Assembly: GCA_003152105.1 (NCBI GenBank)
Contig: PLZJ01000002.1
Coordinates: 6,188 to 70,187, forward strand
DNA: 64,000 nucleotides
DNA from: Candidatus Levyibacteriota bacterium
Lineage (GTDB): Bacteria; Patescibacteriota; Microgenomatia; Levybacterales; UBA12049
Direction: 5' to 3'
Under the pieces are notes generated by a model, which was not told the origin of the DNA, did no database searches, and worked only from the letters and a program-made list of their open reading frames with translations. How positions within the stretch are numbered: position 1 is the stretch's first letter; each line of letters opens with the position of its first letter. This document shows, piece after piece, positions 56,901 through 64,000 of the stretch. The translations under genes were made by a program, and so were the position numbers.

Positions 56901-57643
56901 TTGGTATCTAATGAAAGTCCACCTGCAGCATTTGGTTGAAGCAGTACGGGAGTAGTTCCTGTAATTGAAAGACCATTATATGTTTTGCTAGTCAAATTTT
57001 GCGCTGTTGCTAAATCTACAAGTGAGATTGAACCAGTAGTAGGTAATGTTGCATTTGTAGTACCTGAGGCAGTAAAAGTTAATGTGCTTCCAGAAGTATT
57101 TGCAAATGCTATCGTTGAACCATTTGCAACTTGTAAAGTTCCAGATGTACTAGCATTTCCAGAAGTATCTTGTACAGTTAATCCAGCTACGGTTTGAGAA
57201 TTAAACGCATACGGAACAGCTGTAAATTGCACTCTAGGACTCATCTCGCTATCACCAGTATTAGTTCCATTTTGGTCTTTTGTTATCTGGATTCCCAAAT
57301 ACATTCCAGACCAGTTGAAGTTAATACTTGCTGGAAGTGCCGTAGTCGCTCCCAAAGGTACTCGAAAAATTCCATTCGTCGTCGTAACGCTATCTGTTTC
57401 AGTCCAAAATTGAGTTCCAGATCCAACATTTGGGTTATTATAAATACTAAAAACTACTGTGTATGTTCCATCTGGTACATTTGTTCCATCAGATTTTACT
57501 AATTTTCCTTGAAAATTAATTTGTGGATTTATCCCTGTTGCTGAAAAAATTGGGTATGGTAAATATCCAAAAAAGAGAGATATAATTAACATACTCCAAA
57601 AAGAAAAAAATACTAAATGTTTTGCAAAAATATGTCGTAACAT
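50927..57643 (-). CDS. Giant (2238 aa) secreted/surface protein, paralog of the 22277..33631 protein. It lacks the recombinase-like N-terminal domains but shares the N-proximal domain, Cys-loop modules, 'GN(V/L)GIGT...AQLQ...ASISANSA...FTAS.SG..RF' modules and the C-terminal module.
   Basis: Signal peptide/TM 'LVFFSFWSMLIISLFFGYLPYPIFSATG'. aa ~30-160 align with giant-1 aa ~420-545 (FQG.L.D..G.P...LW.E...V.V.NG.F...LG). C-terminal 'AYDVAEDYGTRD...GDVVSI...IPIALSGRVPVNV...GDYLTSSSIPGVAAKA' aligns with the giant-1 module. Confidence 0.8.
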   Translation of the reverse strand: MLRHIFAKHLVFFSFWSMLIISLFFGYLPYPIFSATGINPQINFQGKLVKSDGTNVPDGTYTVVFSIYNNPNVGSGTQFWTETDSVTTTNGIFRVPLGATTALPASINFNWSGMYLGIQITKDQNGTNTGDSEMSPRVQFTAVPYAFNSQTVAGLTVQDTSGNASTSGTLQVANGSTIAFANTSGSTLTFTASGTTNATLPTTGSISLVDLATAQNLTSKTYNGLSITGTTPVLLQPNAAGGLSLDTNGSNTLLLAGANSNQITLGRSSGVTIKLPGFGGGSSNSNAVLYVDSSNNLGQAVTGAAATGTCLTTNGTGLPTWGSCGSGTAGANYWIQQSGIGVSNGGYTALGNLTSDLLIGGTATSSAEFSVLNVIGGGLPTASVSAGLSSSGTSEKSGVYIDAGGDVQTVGRTMLTLGGSTTGDIQFKPGGQSSLILTSNGNVGIGVNVTNPPNPLNVNGTVSNTAVILLGGSATGTSAVTSDLTLNGSVTVSNTAAGTSQGVLIAPTINVNADAQTEGIRNQAAFVPGVDLVSGGGIYGTQTNIRLSGTSHSVSTVYIVDSKLKNDGTYTGIVGTNIGFFAEDAQSFSGGEVTNQAGLNVVGLSAATNNTLALLGTQSVPSGNYGIYDSSTYQNYLAGNLGIGTTAPSSLFQIVGTNAPTASISANSAYAGLVVDNKGGTANLGDIFTASSSGLTRFVIQNNGNVGIGVVNPQAYLEIPGANNGGVPSKNAIQTDSGSFKVDTNGNTYSPGFYYSNNSNWEVSIQNGQTYLPGFLTLNNASPNLPLATLDIRSAAANNITAANFGTLPIASISGSTSFASVVIDNTGKGDLFTASTSGLARFIINNNGNVTVNGATYTTGNNSVLYTNSSGNILAATTAANGNCLVSGGTGTAPSWGSCATGSQGPNYWIQQSGIGVANGGYTALGNTTTDLLIGGVSTASADFGIINLSPGKTPDGFMNGQFDINAASALGIAGSTIGTTPASSISAKTSFAAVLIDNKGAGDIFTASSSGLTRFTITNSGVVEIGNLRPTAQNLEIDAGFLPANDLVDIGNVVGQEPTVSGINALQTTWNVKPASGNIISGFKSIINNNNTATGGLAGGIRITPTGVGGIINSPTDGLFIDGLAKASVGTTSQNAIEIGTNWDSSVFGEGDLRINANGNVLIGTSSATTRFGFGTSTPLSNFDIRGNSGTLSVASVSGTTSFASLVVNNNGLGDLFTASSSGLTQFVIQQNGNIGIGTSSAAQKLDVEGGNIMIGSQANTAAAATQTWTAVSNAAGQLSTAASSGIASISASTVYNGSLYVGTAKNSAAEVYRYNGSTGIWARISTTTPGQILTTTNISTISAMTVYNNRLIVGTSKPGGAEVYQYDGTNWSVISQATAGTIRSGGTTQINAITAMAVYDGKLFIGTGTTNGRAEVYRYDGGTTWTAIDSVPGTIVQGGSAAYDAVAAMVVANNLLYIGVNKFGLGAIYVYSTGVGGTSSWVAEGNSPPDTTVNGITAMAEWNGHVYFGTTQKAKAEVMRVDDSNTWASQTATNFVIVSSAQGTIATGGTGSIDQVSSMAVYNNKLYIGTLIGNSNDPGGKAEVYRYDGDTNWTRVSQGAAGQIGGPTNAQCNNGTCTTAIDGVTVLQPYNGSLFAGTEKMSGSAEIYQYTNTLDQSYSLVFHASTSQSPEQNGFFNTGSISFIASQSASVYQGSQSTGQFVFDHGITTSFGAYDVAEDYGTRDTTLQPGDVVSIDPNEGTFVDKSQPFDQHIIGVFSANPGIRLSQADSTINGGEAIPIALSGRVPVNVTTENGDIKPGDYLTSSSIPGVAAKAIKAGPVIGQAMESYSGTGVGQITAFIKAATFNGSFVDGDSPVGMTLDSQSQQTSDLQTLGKLVDQTNSDASTQSGGLSQVYADQLIASKSVIAPRVVTQDIMTRQIEAQPNSDLLISIGKNNKLIIASDASSSAALTIDSNGNAIFAGDIYAKSIHADQIVGLTSLLNSKNATNSATQDSTVLLNRIANLESSVASLEASFSLFNQTSTLSAQFASLILPNASTSGSIASSLTSSGGMTLVQNELDVQGGGLFEGVLSVVDTITTHNLIVTGISDFFDNVVFHKDVQFSGRATFNNDTAGYAVVNKNANKVQVNFSKPYDNSPVVSISISTPQLTDQEYKNEIASNTCVVSQSIGDCQNTINNLLLSENIHYVVTNISTKGFEILLDKSASNNVYFSWQAVSVDNPKTVTSDGKEVSSTN

Positions 57644-57705
57644 AACTATTAGAATTAAATACCTCTATTAATAAGTATTTAGTTTGTGAAAATTAGAGTC
57701 AAATT

Positions 57706-57734
57706 TTGACATTTTTTGCATAAAATTGTATATT
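57706..57734 (+). promoter_or_regulatory. Sigma70-like promoter candidate for the HTH gene at 57852
   Basis: TTGACA 57706-57711, 17-nt spacer, TATATT 57729-57734. Confidence 0.35.
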
Positions 57735-57851
57735 ATTGTTATAAATTGCATATAGTTGTGAAAAGTAAAATAGAACCTAATTTCACTACTTTGAGGTCAA
57801 AAGTAACAAATTAATATATTAAAAATGAGATAATTTTATTTAGGAAAATAT

Positions 57852-58139
57852 ATGGATAATTTATTAAATATTAATCAAGTCGCATTTATTTTAAAAGTGC
57901 ATCCCCTAACTGTTAGAAGGTACATTAAGGAAGGGAAATTAAAAGCAGTAAAAGTTGCTGGCAATGTAAGAATAAAAGAAGCAATGCTCCAAGATTTCAA
58001 TAGCAAAGAATTTACACCAACACCCAAAGAATTTCCAAAATTTCGCTTAAATAAAAATCCCGCAAAGCTATTTTCTAAAGATGATCCATTTTTTAGATTA
58101 CAAGGGAGAGGAGCAAGTCTTCACTTGTCAGATAAATAG
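57852..58139 (+). CDS. Small HTH DNA-binding protein (excisionase-family HTH), paralogous in fold to the 1678..1893 protein
   Basis: 'INQVAFILKVHPLTVRRYIKEGKLKAVKV' HTH. Confidence 0.55.
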   Translation: MDNLLNINQVAFILKVHPLTVRRYIKEGKLKAVKVAGNVRIKEAMLQDFNSKEFTPTPKEFPKFRLNKNPAKLFSKDDPFFRLQGRGASLHLSDK

Positions 58140-58141
58140 TT

Positions 58142-58567
58142 ATGCAAAGCATCAGCAAAAAAGTTTATATAACTCCAAGTGTATTTTTTGCATTTATTGA
58201 TAGAGCGCATCCAAAATATCAAACAGCAGGTGCTTTTTTTCGTTATTTTGCTCTAGAACAATATGCTTTATATTCTGACGCAATTTCTATAAGCAATACC
58301 TATTCCGAGCTATATGACAAAATATCACCTTCACTTGCTAAAGATTTTCTAAGATCGATTTACATTGGATCATTTAATATTCTACATCCTGAAGAAAGTG
58401 ATATGAAAGCTGCACTCAAAACGCTGGTAAATTACCGTACAACTGATCTTACTTATCCAGAATCAGTAATTGCTGTTTTAGCAAATAGAAACCGTATTCC
58501 TCAAATATGCTCGTTTGAATATCTACATCCTCTATTTGGTTTATCTTTATTTTATTTACCAATATGA
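58142..58567 (+). CDS. Hypothetical 141-aa protein immediately downstream of the HTH gene (possible degenerate PIN-like partner)
   Basis: 2-nt gap after the HTH gene. N-terminal 'KVYITPSVFFAFIDRAHP' loosely resembles a PIN beta1-alpha1 segment but lacks the first catalytic Asp. Confidence 0.3.
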   Translation: MQSISKKVYITPSVFFAFIDRAHPKYQTAGAFFRYFALEQYALYSDAISISNTYSELYDKISPSLAKDFLRSIYIGSFNILHPEESDMKAALKTLVNYRTTDLTYPESVIAVLANRNRIPQICSFEYLHPLFGLSLFYLPI

Positions 58568-59649
58568 AATATATTTTTATATTTATATTCCTTCTAATGA
58601 TTCTGGCATCACCAGTGCTTGCAACGAGTTATACACCATCTAGCACCCACTATCAGATTCGAGAATATGGATTCGGTGCAGGAGGAACTGCAACTTCATC
58701 ATCGCAAAGATATAATCTATTTGGCACTGCAGGTGAAGTTGAATACGGATCTCAAAGCTCAACGCTTTATGTGCTTAATTCTGGCTTATCATACGTAAAT
58801 CAAGCAAATGTACCTCCTGCACCTACGGTTTCTAATCCTTCAAATTTCTACAATCAATTACAAGTTACGATAAACACAACAGGCAATAGTCCAACTGATA
58901 CTCAATATGCAATCGCAGTATCTACTGACAATTTTGCGACATCAAAATATGTACAGATAGATCATACTATAAATAATACTATCGCATGGCAAACTAATGC
59001 ATCATGGATTGGAGGCAACAGCTATGTAACATTAATTGGTCTTACTCCAAGTACGACTTATTATGTTAGAGTTGCAGCAAAACAAGGAAGCTTTTCGCAA
59101 ACTCAATTTGGACCAATAGCAAACGCAGCAACTACAAGTCCTTCGATTTCGTATTCTATGGGGGTTGGATCTTCTTACCCAGGTGTAAACCCACCTTATG
59201 CAGTAAGCATAGGCACAATTAATGCTGGGGGTATTACAACCGCTACAAATAATGTTTATGTAAATTTAAGTACAAACGCAAATGCAGGGGGTACAATATA
59301 TATCTACGATGCAAATGGCGGTTTACTGAGCCCTACTGCGGGAGGATATGTTCTACCGTCAATAAGCGCTGATCTTTCGTCAGGATCAGTTTCAGAAGGA
59401 TACGGAGCGATTTACAACACCACATCTCAAACCTCAGGAGGTCCAATGGAAGCTCTTTCACCATTTAACGGATCAGGAAGTGTTGTTGGAAACCTACAAA
59501 CTACGGTTCAAAGTATGTTTGACTCAACAAGCTCACCGGTTACTGGAGGACAAGTATCATTTACGCTTAAAGCAAAAGCAAAAAATACAACTCCAGCTGC
59601 AAATGATTATTCGGACACCTTAACAGTGCTAGTCGCTGGTTCATTTTAG
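58564..59649 (+). CDS. Secreted surface protein with an FN3-like domain and a WxL-like/aromatic C-terminus (paralog of the cluster-A proteins)
   Basis: Signal peptide. N-terminal 'S..Y.(I/L)' triple repeat homologous to the 16045 protein. FN3-like 'LIGLTPSTTYYVRVAAKQ'. C-terminus 'TPAANDYSDTLTVLVAGSF'. Confidence 0.45.
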   Translation: MKYIFIFIFLLMILASPVLATSYTPSSTHYQIREYGFGAGGTATSSSQRYNLFGTAGEVEYGSQSSTLYVLNSGLSYVNQANVPPAPTVSNPSNFYNQLQVTINTTGNSPTDTQYAIAVSTDNFATSKYVQIDHTINNTIAWQTNASWIGGNSYVTLIGLTPSTTYYVRVAAKQGSFSQTQFGPIANAATTSPSISYSMGVGSSYPGVNPPYAVSIGTINAGGITTATNNVYVNLSTNANAGGTIYIYDANGGLLSPTAGGYVLPSISADLSSGSVSEGYGAIYNTTSQTSGGPMEALSPFNGSGSVVGNLQTTVQSMFDSTSSPVTGGQVSFTLKAKAKNTTPAANDYSDTLTVLVAGSF

Positions 59650-59733
59650 TTTTATCTTAATTATGAATTATTATTTTGAATTCCATTACTTGACAAACAC
59701 AACCATAATCAACAATACTATTAATACTAGGTT

Positions 59734-60852
59734 TTGAATCCAATGAATTATCTGTCCAAATTATCATCTAATTTCCGAGTAAATAAAAATATGGGTCGCA
59801 AAAATATAGTTGCTGTAGCGATAATATTTGCGCAAATCATAGTCCTCGCACTCTACCAATATGCACTACCCACAAAAGCAAACGCAACAAACTTTGCATA
59901 CCTTCGACTAGATAGACTTTCAGCATCCACTTCACTTCCTTTAACAGGAACTGTTTGTCTTCAACCACAAACAACAGGAACCCAATCCCAAATTGTTGTA
60001 CAATTTCCAGCAAGCTTCACAGTAAGCGGTACACAAGGCAACTGGAGCGTAAATACAACTAACTTACCTTCAGGAACAACAGCGTGGCCTGGTATAACAG
60101 GTCCTTCCGCAGGAGCAAGTATTTCTGGAACTACTGTCACATTCGCAGGCTATGCACTTCTATCCACTTCAACTACTTATTGTTTTAAGTTTTCTGGAGG
60201 AACTGCTGTTCAATCAAATCTCGGATCAACTACCGGTACAGTAACAGGTAAAATACAAACATTTTCAGTCACACAACCATTTGCTACAAATCCCGGTGCA
60301 GCAATCGATAATTATAATTATGCGGAAAGCTTAGTTACAAATCCAAATGATGTAATTGCCGTAACTGCAACAGTATCTGCTTCATTTACATTTTCGATCT
60401 CTACTGCCTCAGCTCTATTTCCTTCAACAGGTATTGTAACATCAGGTCATGGCTCAGTTGCAGGACCAACTATTACTGTAACTGCTTCTGGAAATTCTCA
60501 TAATGGGTGGATTGCGTGGGTACAAAGTGCAAATGGAGCATTAAGTTCTCCATCAAGCGGAGGATCTATTACAAGTACTTACAATGCAGGATCTGCAACC
60601 GATTTATCTAGTGTTAATTCAGGATACACGATACTTGCTTCTCAACTGGCAAATAATCCTACGATTGATAATTTCTATGGTACTACTGATGGTAATGGTA
60701 TTGACACAAAATGGGAACAAATTGCACACGGTACAGCACCAACTGCTGGAGATCAATTTTTAATGACACTTAAAGCAAAAGCATCTGCATCTACTCCAGC
60801 TGCAAATGATTATAGTGATACAATATCTGTAACCGGAGCTGGCCAATTCTAA
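59734..60852 (+). CDS. Secreted surface protein, paralog of the 58564 protein with the same C-terminal motif
   Basis: Signal anchor. C-terminus 'LKAKASASTPAANDYSDTISVTGAGQF' is near-identical to the upstream gene's end. Confidence 0.45.
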   Translation: MNPMNYLSKLSSNFRVNKNMGRKNIVAVAIIFAQIIVLALYQYALPTKANATNFAYLRLDRLSASTSLPLTGTVCLQPQTTGTQSQIVVQFPASFTVSGTQGNWSVNTTNLPSGTTAWPGITGPSAGASISGTTVTFAGYALLSTSTTYCFKFSGGTAVQSNLGSTTGTVTGKIQTFSVTQPFATNPGAAIDNYNYAESLVTNPNDVIAVTATVSASFTFSISTASALFPSTGIVTSGHGSVAGPTITVTASGNSHNGWIAWVQSANGALSSPSSGGSITSTYNAGSATDLSSVNSGYTILASQLANNPTIDNFYGTTDGNGIDTKWEQIAHGTAPTAGDQFLMTLKAKASASTPAANDYSDTISVTGAGQF

Positions 60853-60863
60853 CATGCTGTGTT

Positions 60864-61892
60864 ATGCGTAAAAAATTGTATTTATTTTTTTCTTCTTTTT
60901 TTCTTCTTTTCTTATTCACCACATTACCTACATTTGCCCAAAATGTACCCCTTAATATCACTCTTTCCCCCACTTATTTTGATCTAACAGCAAATCCAGG
61001 AGATACTATTTCTAATATAATACGCGTTCGAGCAAATGGTACGTCAGCTATTCCACTGCACATTGTTGTAAAAAAATTAGGTGCAGATCAAAATGGAAAT
61101 CTTACGATACAAGATATTACTGATGATTCAGCTAATTGGATTACATTTCCTAAAACACAGATTACGGCAATTGCACAAGATTGGACCGAGGTACCTTTTA
61201 CTATTAAAATTCCAAAAACTGCAGGATTTGGCTATTATTATGCCATATCTTTTGTAGCTGGTAGTAATCAAACAGCAAATGCGAAAGTTGCTGGAGCTGG
61301 TGCAGTGCCGGTGCTATTAACAGTTAATAGACCTGGTGCAGCAGTAAATGGACAATTAGTTCGCTTTTCGACAGATCATTACATCAATGAATATCTTCCA
61401 ATTAATTTTACATCGGTAATAAAAAGTACAGGTAATATAGAACTGAAACCTCACGGCGATATATTTATAAGAGGTATTGGAGAAAGTGAAATTGGCACCA
61501 TAGATGTTAATCTAAGCCAAGGCATAATTATTCCAGGAACAAACAGAACGTTTAACTCCTCTTGGGATGATGGATTTGTCGTTAGAGAGCCAGTCATTGA
61601 AGACGGCAGACCATTAACTGATGCAAGAGGAAATACAATAACTCATCTTGTATTTCATTGGGATAAATTGACAAGTATTCGAATTGGTAAATACACCGCG
61701 AATCTAATAATGGTTTATGATAATGGACAAAAAGACGTATTGATTGAAGGAACTACGACATTTTGGGTATTACCGTATAAAATAATTGGTGGGGCAATAA
61801 TTCTTATTGTAGCGCTTATACTACTTATACGCTTCCTATTAAAATGGTATGTGAAAAAAGAGATTAAAAAAACATCTAGAAGAAGACATTAG
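60864..61892 (+). CDS. DUF916/DUF3324-like cell-surface protein with a C-terminal TM anchor
   Basis: 'NITLSPTYFDLTANPGDTISNIIRVRANG' closely fits the DUF916 N-terminal pattern (YFDL...PG...). 'TFWVLPYK' then TM then KKEIKKTSRRRH. Confidence 0.55.
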   Translation: MRKKLYLFFSSFFLLFLFTTLPTFAQNVPLNITLSPTYFDLTANPGDTISNIIRVRANGTSAIPLHIVVKKLGADQNGNLTIQDITDDSANWITFPKTQITAIAQDWTEVPFTIKIPKTAGFGYYYAISFVAGSNQTANAKVAGAGAVPVLLTVNRPGAAVNGQLVRFSTDHYINEYLPINFTSVIKSTGNIELKPHGDIFIRGIGESEIGTIDVNLSQGIIIPGTNRTFNSSWDDGFVVREPVIEDGRPLTDARGNTITHLVFHWDKLTSIRIGKYTANLIMVYDNGQKDVLIEGTTTFWVLPYKIIGGAIILIVALILLIRFLLKWYVKKEIKKTSRRRH

Positions 61893-61903
61893 ACTTACCC
61901 ACA

Positions 61904-62866
61904 TTGTATAATGAATTCATGTCAGTATCAAAAATAGTTCTTAAATCGATATACTGCTTAGTTTTTATAGCTTTAATCACATTTCACAATAAACCAGTTT
62001 TTGCAGCGCCTAAAGATACTATTACCGCTATCCCTTCAATTGAACAACTTGATCTTCAAAAAGATAAATCCCAGTATGATTTAACCTATGAAAATACTAC
62101 TTCCCAACCAATTGAGCTTTCCTTCTCTGCAAGAGACTTCTCAGATTTTGACGATGGATGGAAAGTTAGCTTTTTGAGTCAAACAGATGCGAGTAACTAT
62201 CATTACTCACTCTCTTCTTGGATACACTTTAGCACACAAGATTTAGTCGTAAATCCAAACGATTCCAAAAAAATTACAATTTATATTGATAATAATCGAA
62301 TTTCACCCGGAAGTCATTACGCAGCAATACTCGCTTCTCTAAATGATATTGATAGATCTAAGACTATTGGCGTACATGGGGTATTATCTTCTTTACTATT
62401 TGTTACAACAAGCACTGGGTTGGAAGTGGAAGACGCCAAAATAATTGCGTTTCAGCCAATTCGTTATTTCTTTGAGATTCCTGAAAAATATATTTTTAGA
62501 TTTCAAAATCAAGGAAATGTTGACAGTACTCCGTACGGATTAATAGATGTTTATAGCCCATTTGGGAAGCTATTATCAGAAACGGTTGTGAATGATGGAT
62601 CGTTAATTACGCTACCCGAATCAATTAGGCGATATGATTTATTAATTCCAAAACCTTCTGGATTCTTATTCCCAGGCACGTATAAAGCAACATTAACGCT
62701 TCATTATGGAAAGACAAATAAAAAACTTTATACTGAAATCTACTTCTTTTCGCAAGGAAGTATTGATATCTTTATCACTGCATCACTATTAATTATCTTG
62801 ATCATCGCTTTCTATTATTTAAGAAAAACGGGTAAACTTAAGGCATTATATGAAAAGATGAAATGA
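61904..62866 (+). CDS. DUF916/DUF3324-like cell-surface protein (more divergent), C-terminal TM anchor
   Basis: Signal peptide, beta-rich body, C-terminal 'FITASLLIILIIAFYYLRKTGKLK'. Confidence 0.4.
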   Translation: MYNEFMSVSKIVLKSIYCLVFIALITFHNKPVFAAPKDTITAIPSIEQLDLQKDKSQYDLTYENTTSQPIELSFSARDFSDFDDGWKVSFLSQTDASNYHYSLSSWIHFSTQDLVVNPNDSKKITIYIDNNRISPGSHYAAILASLNDIDRSKTIGVHGVLSSLLFVTTSTGLEVEDAKIIAFQPIRYFFEIPEKYIFRFQNQGNVDSTPYGLIDVYSPFGKLLSETVVNDGSLITLPESIRRYDLLIPKPSGFLFPGTYKATLTLHYGKTNKKLYTEIYFFSQGSIDIFITASLLIILIIAFYYLRKTGKLKALYEKMK

Positions 62867-63437
62867 CGTTCTGAAATATGTTGCTTATAAAGCTATTATC
62901 ACTACCTGAAGCGACAAGTGAAAATTCCCTACTATTAACTAAACAGAAAGCATCATATTCCACTTGATCTTGCAATTTAATATATTCCTTACAAGGGTTA
63001 CCATCTATTGTTACATCTTTTTCCTGATATTCATAATTGTGGCTATTTCTAAATAATATTTCTGGCAAGCTATCTATTGTCATAGATTGATCACGCTGAA
63101 TTGCTTGAACAATGAAATTTACCGTAGGCATACGCTCATCAAATTCTAAACTTTCAAGAATAATTTTACTTTGTTTTATATTCGCATCATTACCATGATA
63201 TATAATCGAAGATGAGGGATATAGAAAGGACATATTTTTACCTACATATTTAATAGATCCTTGTGAAGTATTTTTCGCATTTACCATCTGTGGATGATCT
63301 TGCATATTAGAAAGCAATTTAACCCTATCCTTTTGTGGCAATGAATCCGAGGAAGGAGCATTAAGAGATGATAATACTACATACCCTCCGATAAAAAGTA
63401 CTAATAATACTGCAAAAATCACAATTAAAACTTTCAT
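62838..63437 (-). CDS. Hypothetical N-terminally anchored protein
   Basis: N-terminal TM (VLIVIFAVLLVLFIGGYVVL). No recognised motif. Confidence 0.35.
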   Translation of the reverse strand: MKVLIVIFAVLLVLFIGGYVVLSSLNAPSSDSLPQKDRVKLLSNMQDHPQMVNAKNTSQGSIKYVGKNMSFLYPSSSIIYHGNDANIKQSKIILESLEFDERMPTVNFIVQAIQRDQSMTIDSLPEILFRNSHNYEYQEKDVTIDGNPCKEYIKLQDQVEYDAFCLVNSREFSLVASGSDNSFISNIFQNVISSFHIMP

Positions 63438-63484
63438 AATTAATACTATTGCTCTGTTTATTTACTATCAAGTATGCTATATGT

Positions 63485-64000
63485 ATGTCAATAAAATCTA
63501 TTCGCCTACTATTTGTTTCATATCTTATCTTTATTTCTGTTTCTAATCTAATTATAACAAAACAAAGCTTTGCAGATAGTAATTTTTCGGTTAACGGAAC
63601 TATAACACCTACAGCGTCAAATTTTCCTATTTCGATAACTGCAAGTCCGGTCCAATCTGTCTTTAATCAAAATTCTGTTATTACATTTACCATTACTTAT
63701 GGTGCAACTATGGGTGGGTCTATTCAAAATATGACAATTGAGGCGGATTGGAGTAAGGATACGCCAAACCAATCAAGCGTAGATATATTCGATTATGTCC
63801 CCTCAAGTGCAAGTAATGCTTACAATAATACTGCACCAGTTATAGATACCGTAGACAGGAAGATAGACTGGACCATATCTAGTTTTCCAGGTCCAAAAAC
63901 TAATCAAACAGTAACATTTAAGCTTAAGACAAACGGTAACTACACGGGCCAAGATGCAGTTACATTACTAGTTGCTGCTCGCACGATTACATCTTATCTT
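63485..64000 (+). CDS. Secreted hypothetical protein, 3'-truncated by the window edge. It is absent from the ORF track because the frame is open to the end.
   Basis: ATG at 63485, signal peptide 'MSIKSIRLLFVSYLIFISVSNLIITKQSFA'. No in-frame stop through 64000. Confidence 0.45.
   Translation, partial: MSIKSIRLLFVSYLIFISVSNLIITKQSFADSNFSVNGTITPTASNFPISITASPVQSVFNQNSVITFTITYGATMGGSIQNMTIEADWSKDTPNQSSVDIFDYVPSSASNAYNNTAPVIDTVDRKIDWTISSFPGPKTNQTVTFKLKTNGNYTGQDAVTLLVAARTITSYL

Noticed and set aside
53635-57502. + strand ORFs inside the minus-strand giant (e.g. 54093..54440, 56172..56648, 57194..57502)
   Set aside because: Antisense to a strongly supported 2238-aa ORF. Compositional artefacts.

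Overview
Low-GC window (about one-third G+C by eye), standard genetic code (TGA is used as a stop, e.g. at the atpD/atpC junction), compact gene spacing. By inference it comes from a small-genome monoderm-like bacterium, possibly CPR/Patescibacteria-like; this is unverified. Housekeeping genes are clearly recognisable: the atpD 3' part plus atpC, mreB, ndk, argS, leuS, rho, an M16 peptidase, a two-component pair, a sortase, a LysM-M23 peptidase, and tRNA-Arg(CCU) plus two tandem tRNA-Ala. The accessory content is more interesting. (1) Two paralogous giant surface-protein genes on opposite strands: 3784 aa on + and 2238 aa on -. The + copy carries N-terminal tandem tyrosine-recombinase-type core-binding (SAM-like) domains but no catalytic domain, then a membrane anchor, a LamG-type lectin module, a Gly-rich repeat region and repeated Cys-loop modules. 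Both giants share a distinctive N-proximal and C-terminal module. (2) Two paralogous four-gene clusters (16.0-20.5 kb and 58.6-62.9 kb) whose architecture mirrors the Csc/WxL cell-surface loci of Firmicutes. Secreted proteins with a WxL-like C-terminus (Tyr replacing Trp) alternate with DUF916/DUF3324-like proteins that have a C-terminal TM anchor. (3) Two small secreted proteins share a C-terminal tripartite signal, TG-x-E-x-LPLL + hydrophobic + RRK, which resembles PEP-CTERM/LPXTG logic. Each gene is preceded by the same CTGCC...GGCAG hairpin plus T-run in its leader. One of them sits behind two perfect tandem consensus sigma70 promoters. (4) A ~1.4 kb GC-rich island bounded by inverted repeats carries one Cys/Trp-rich secreted ORF. 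(5) A glycan-assembly cluster (two GT2, two large polytopic GT-C-like membrane proteins, LytR_C). No CRISPR array, rRNA or obvious prophage or transposase was seen.
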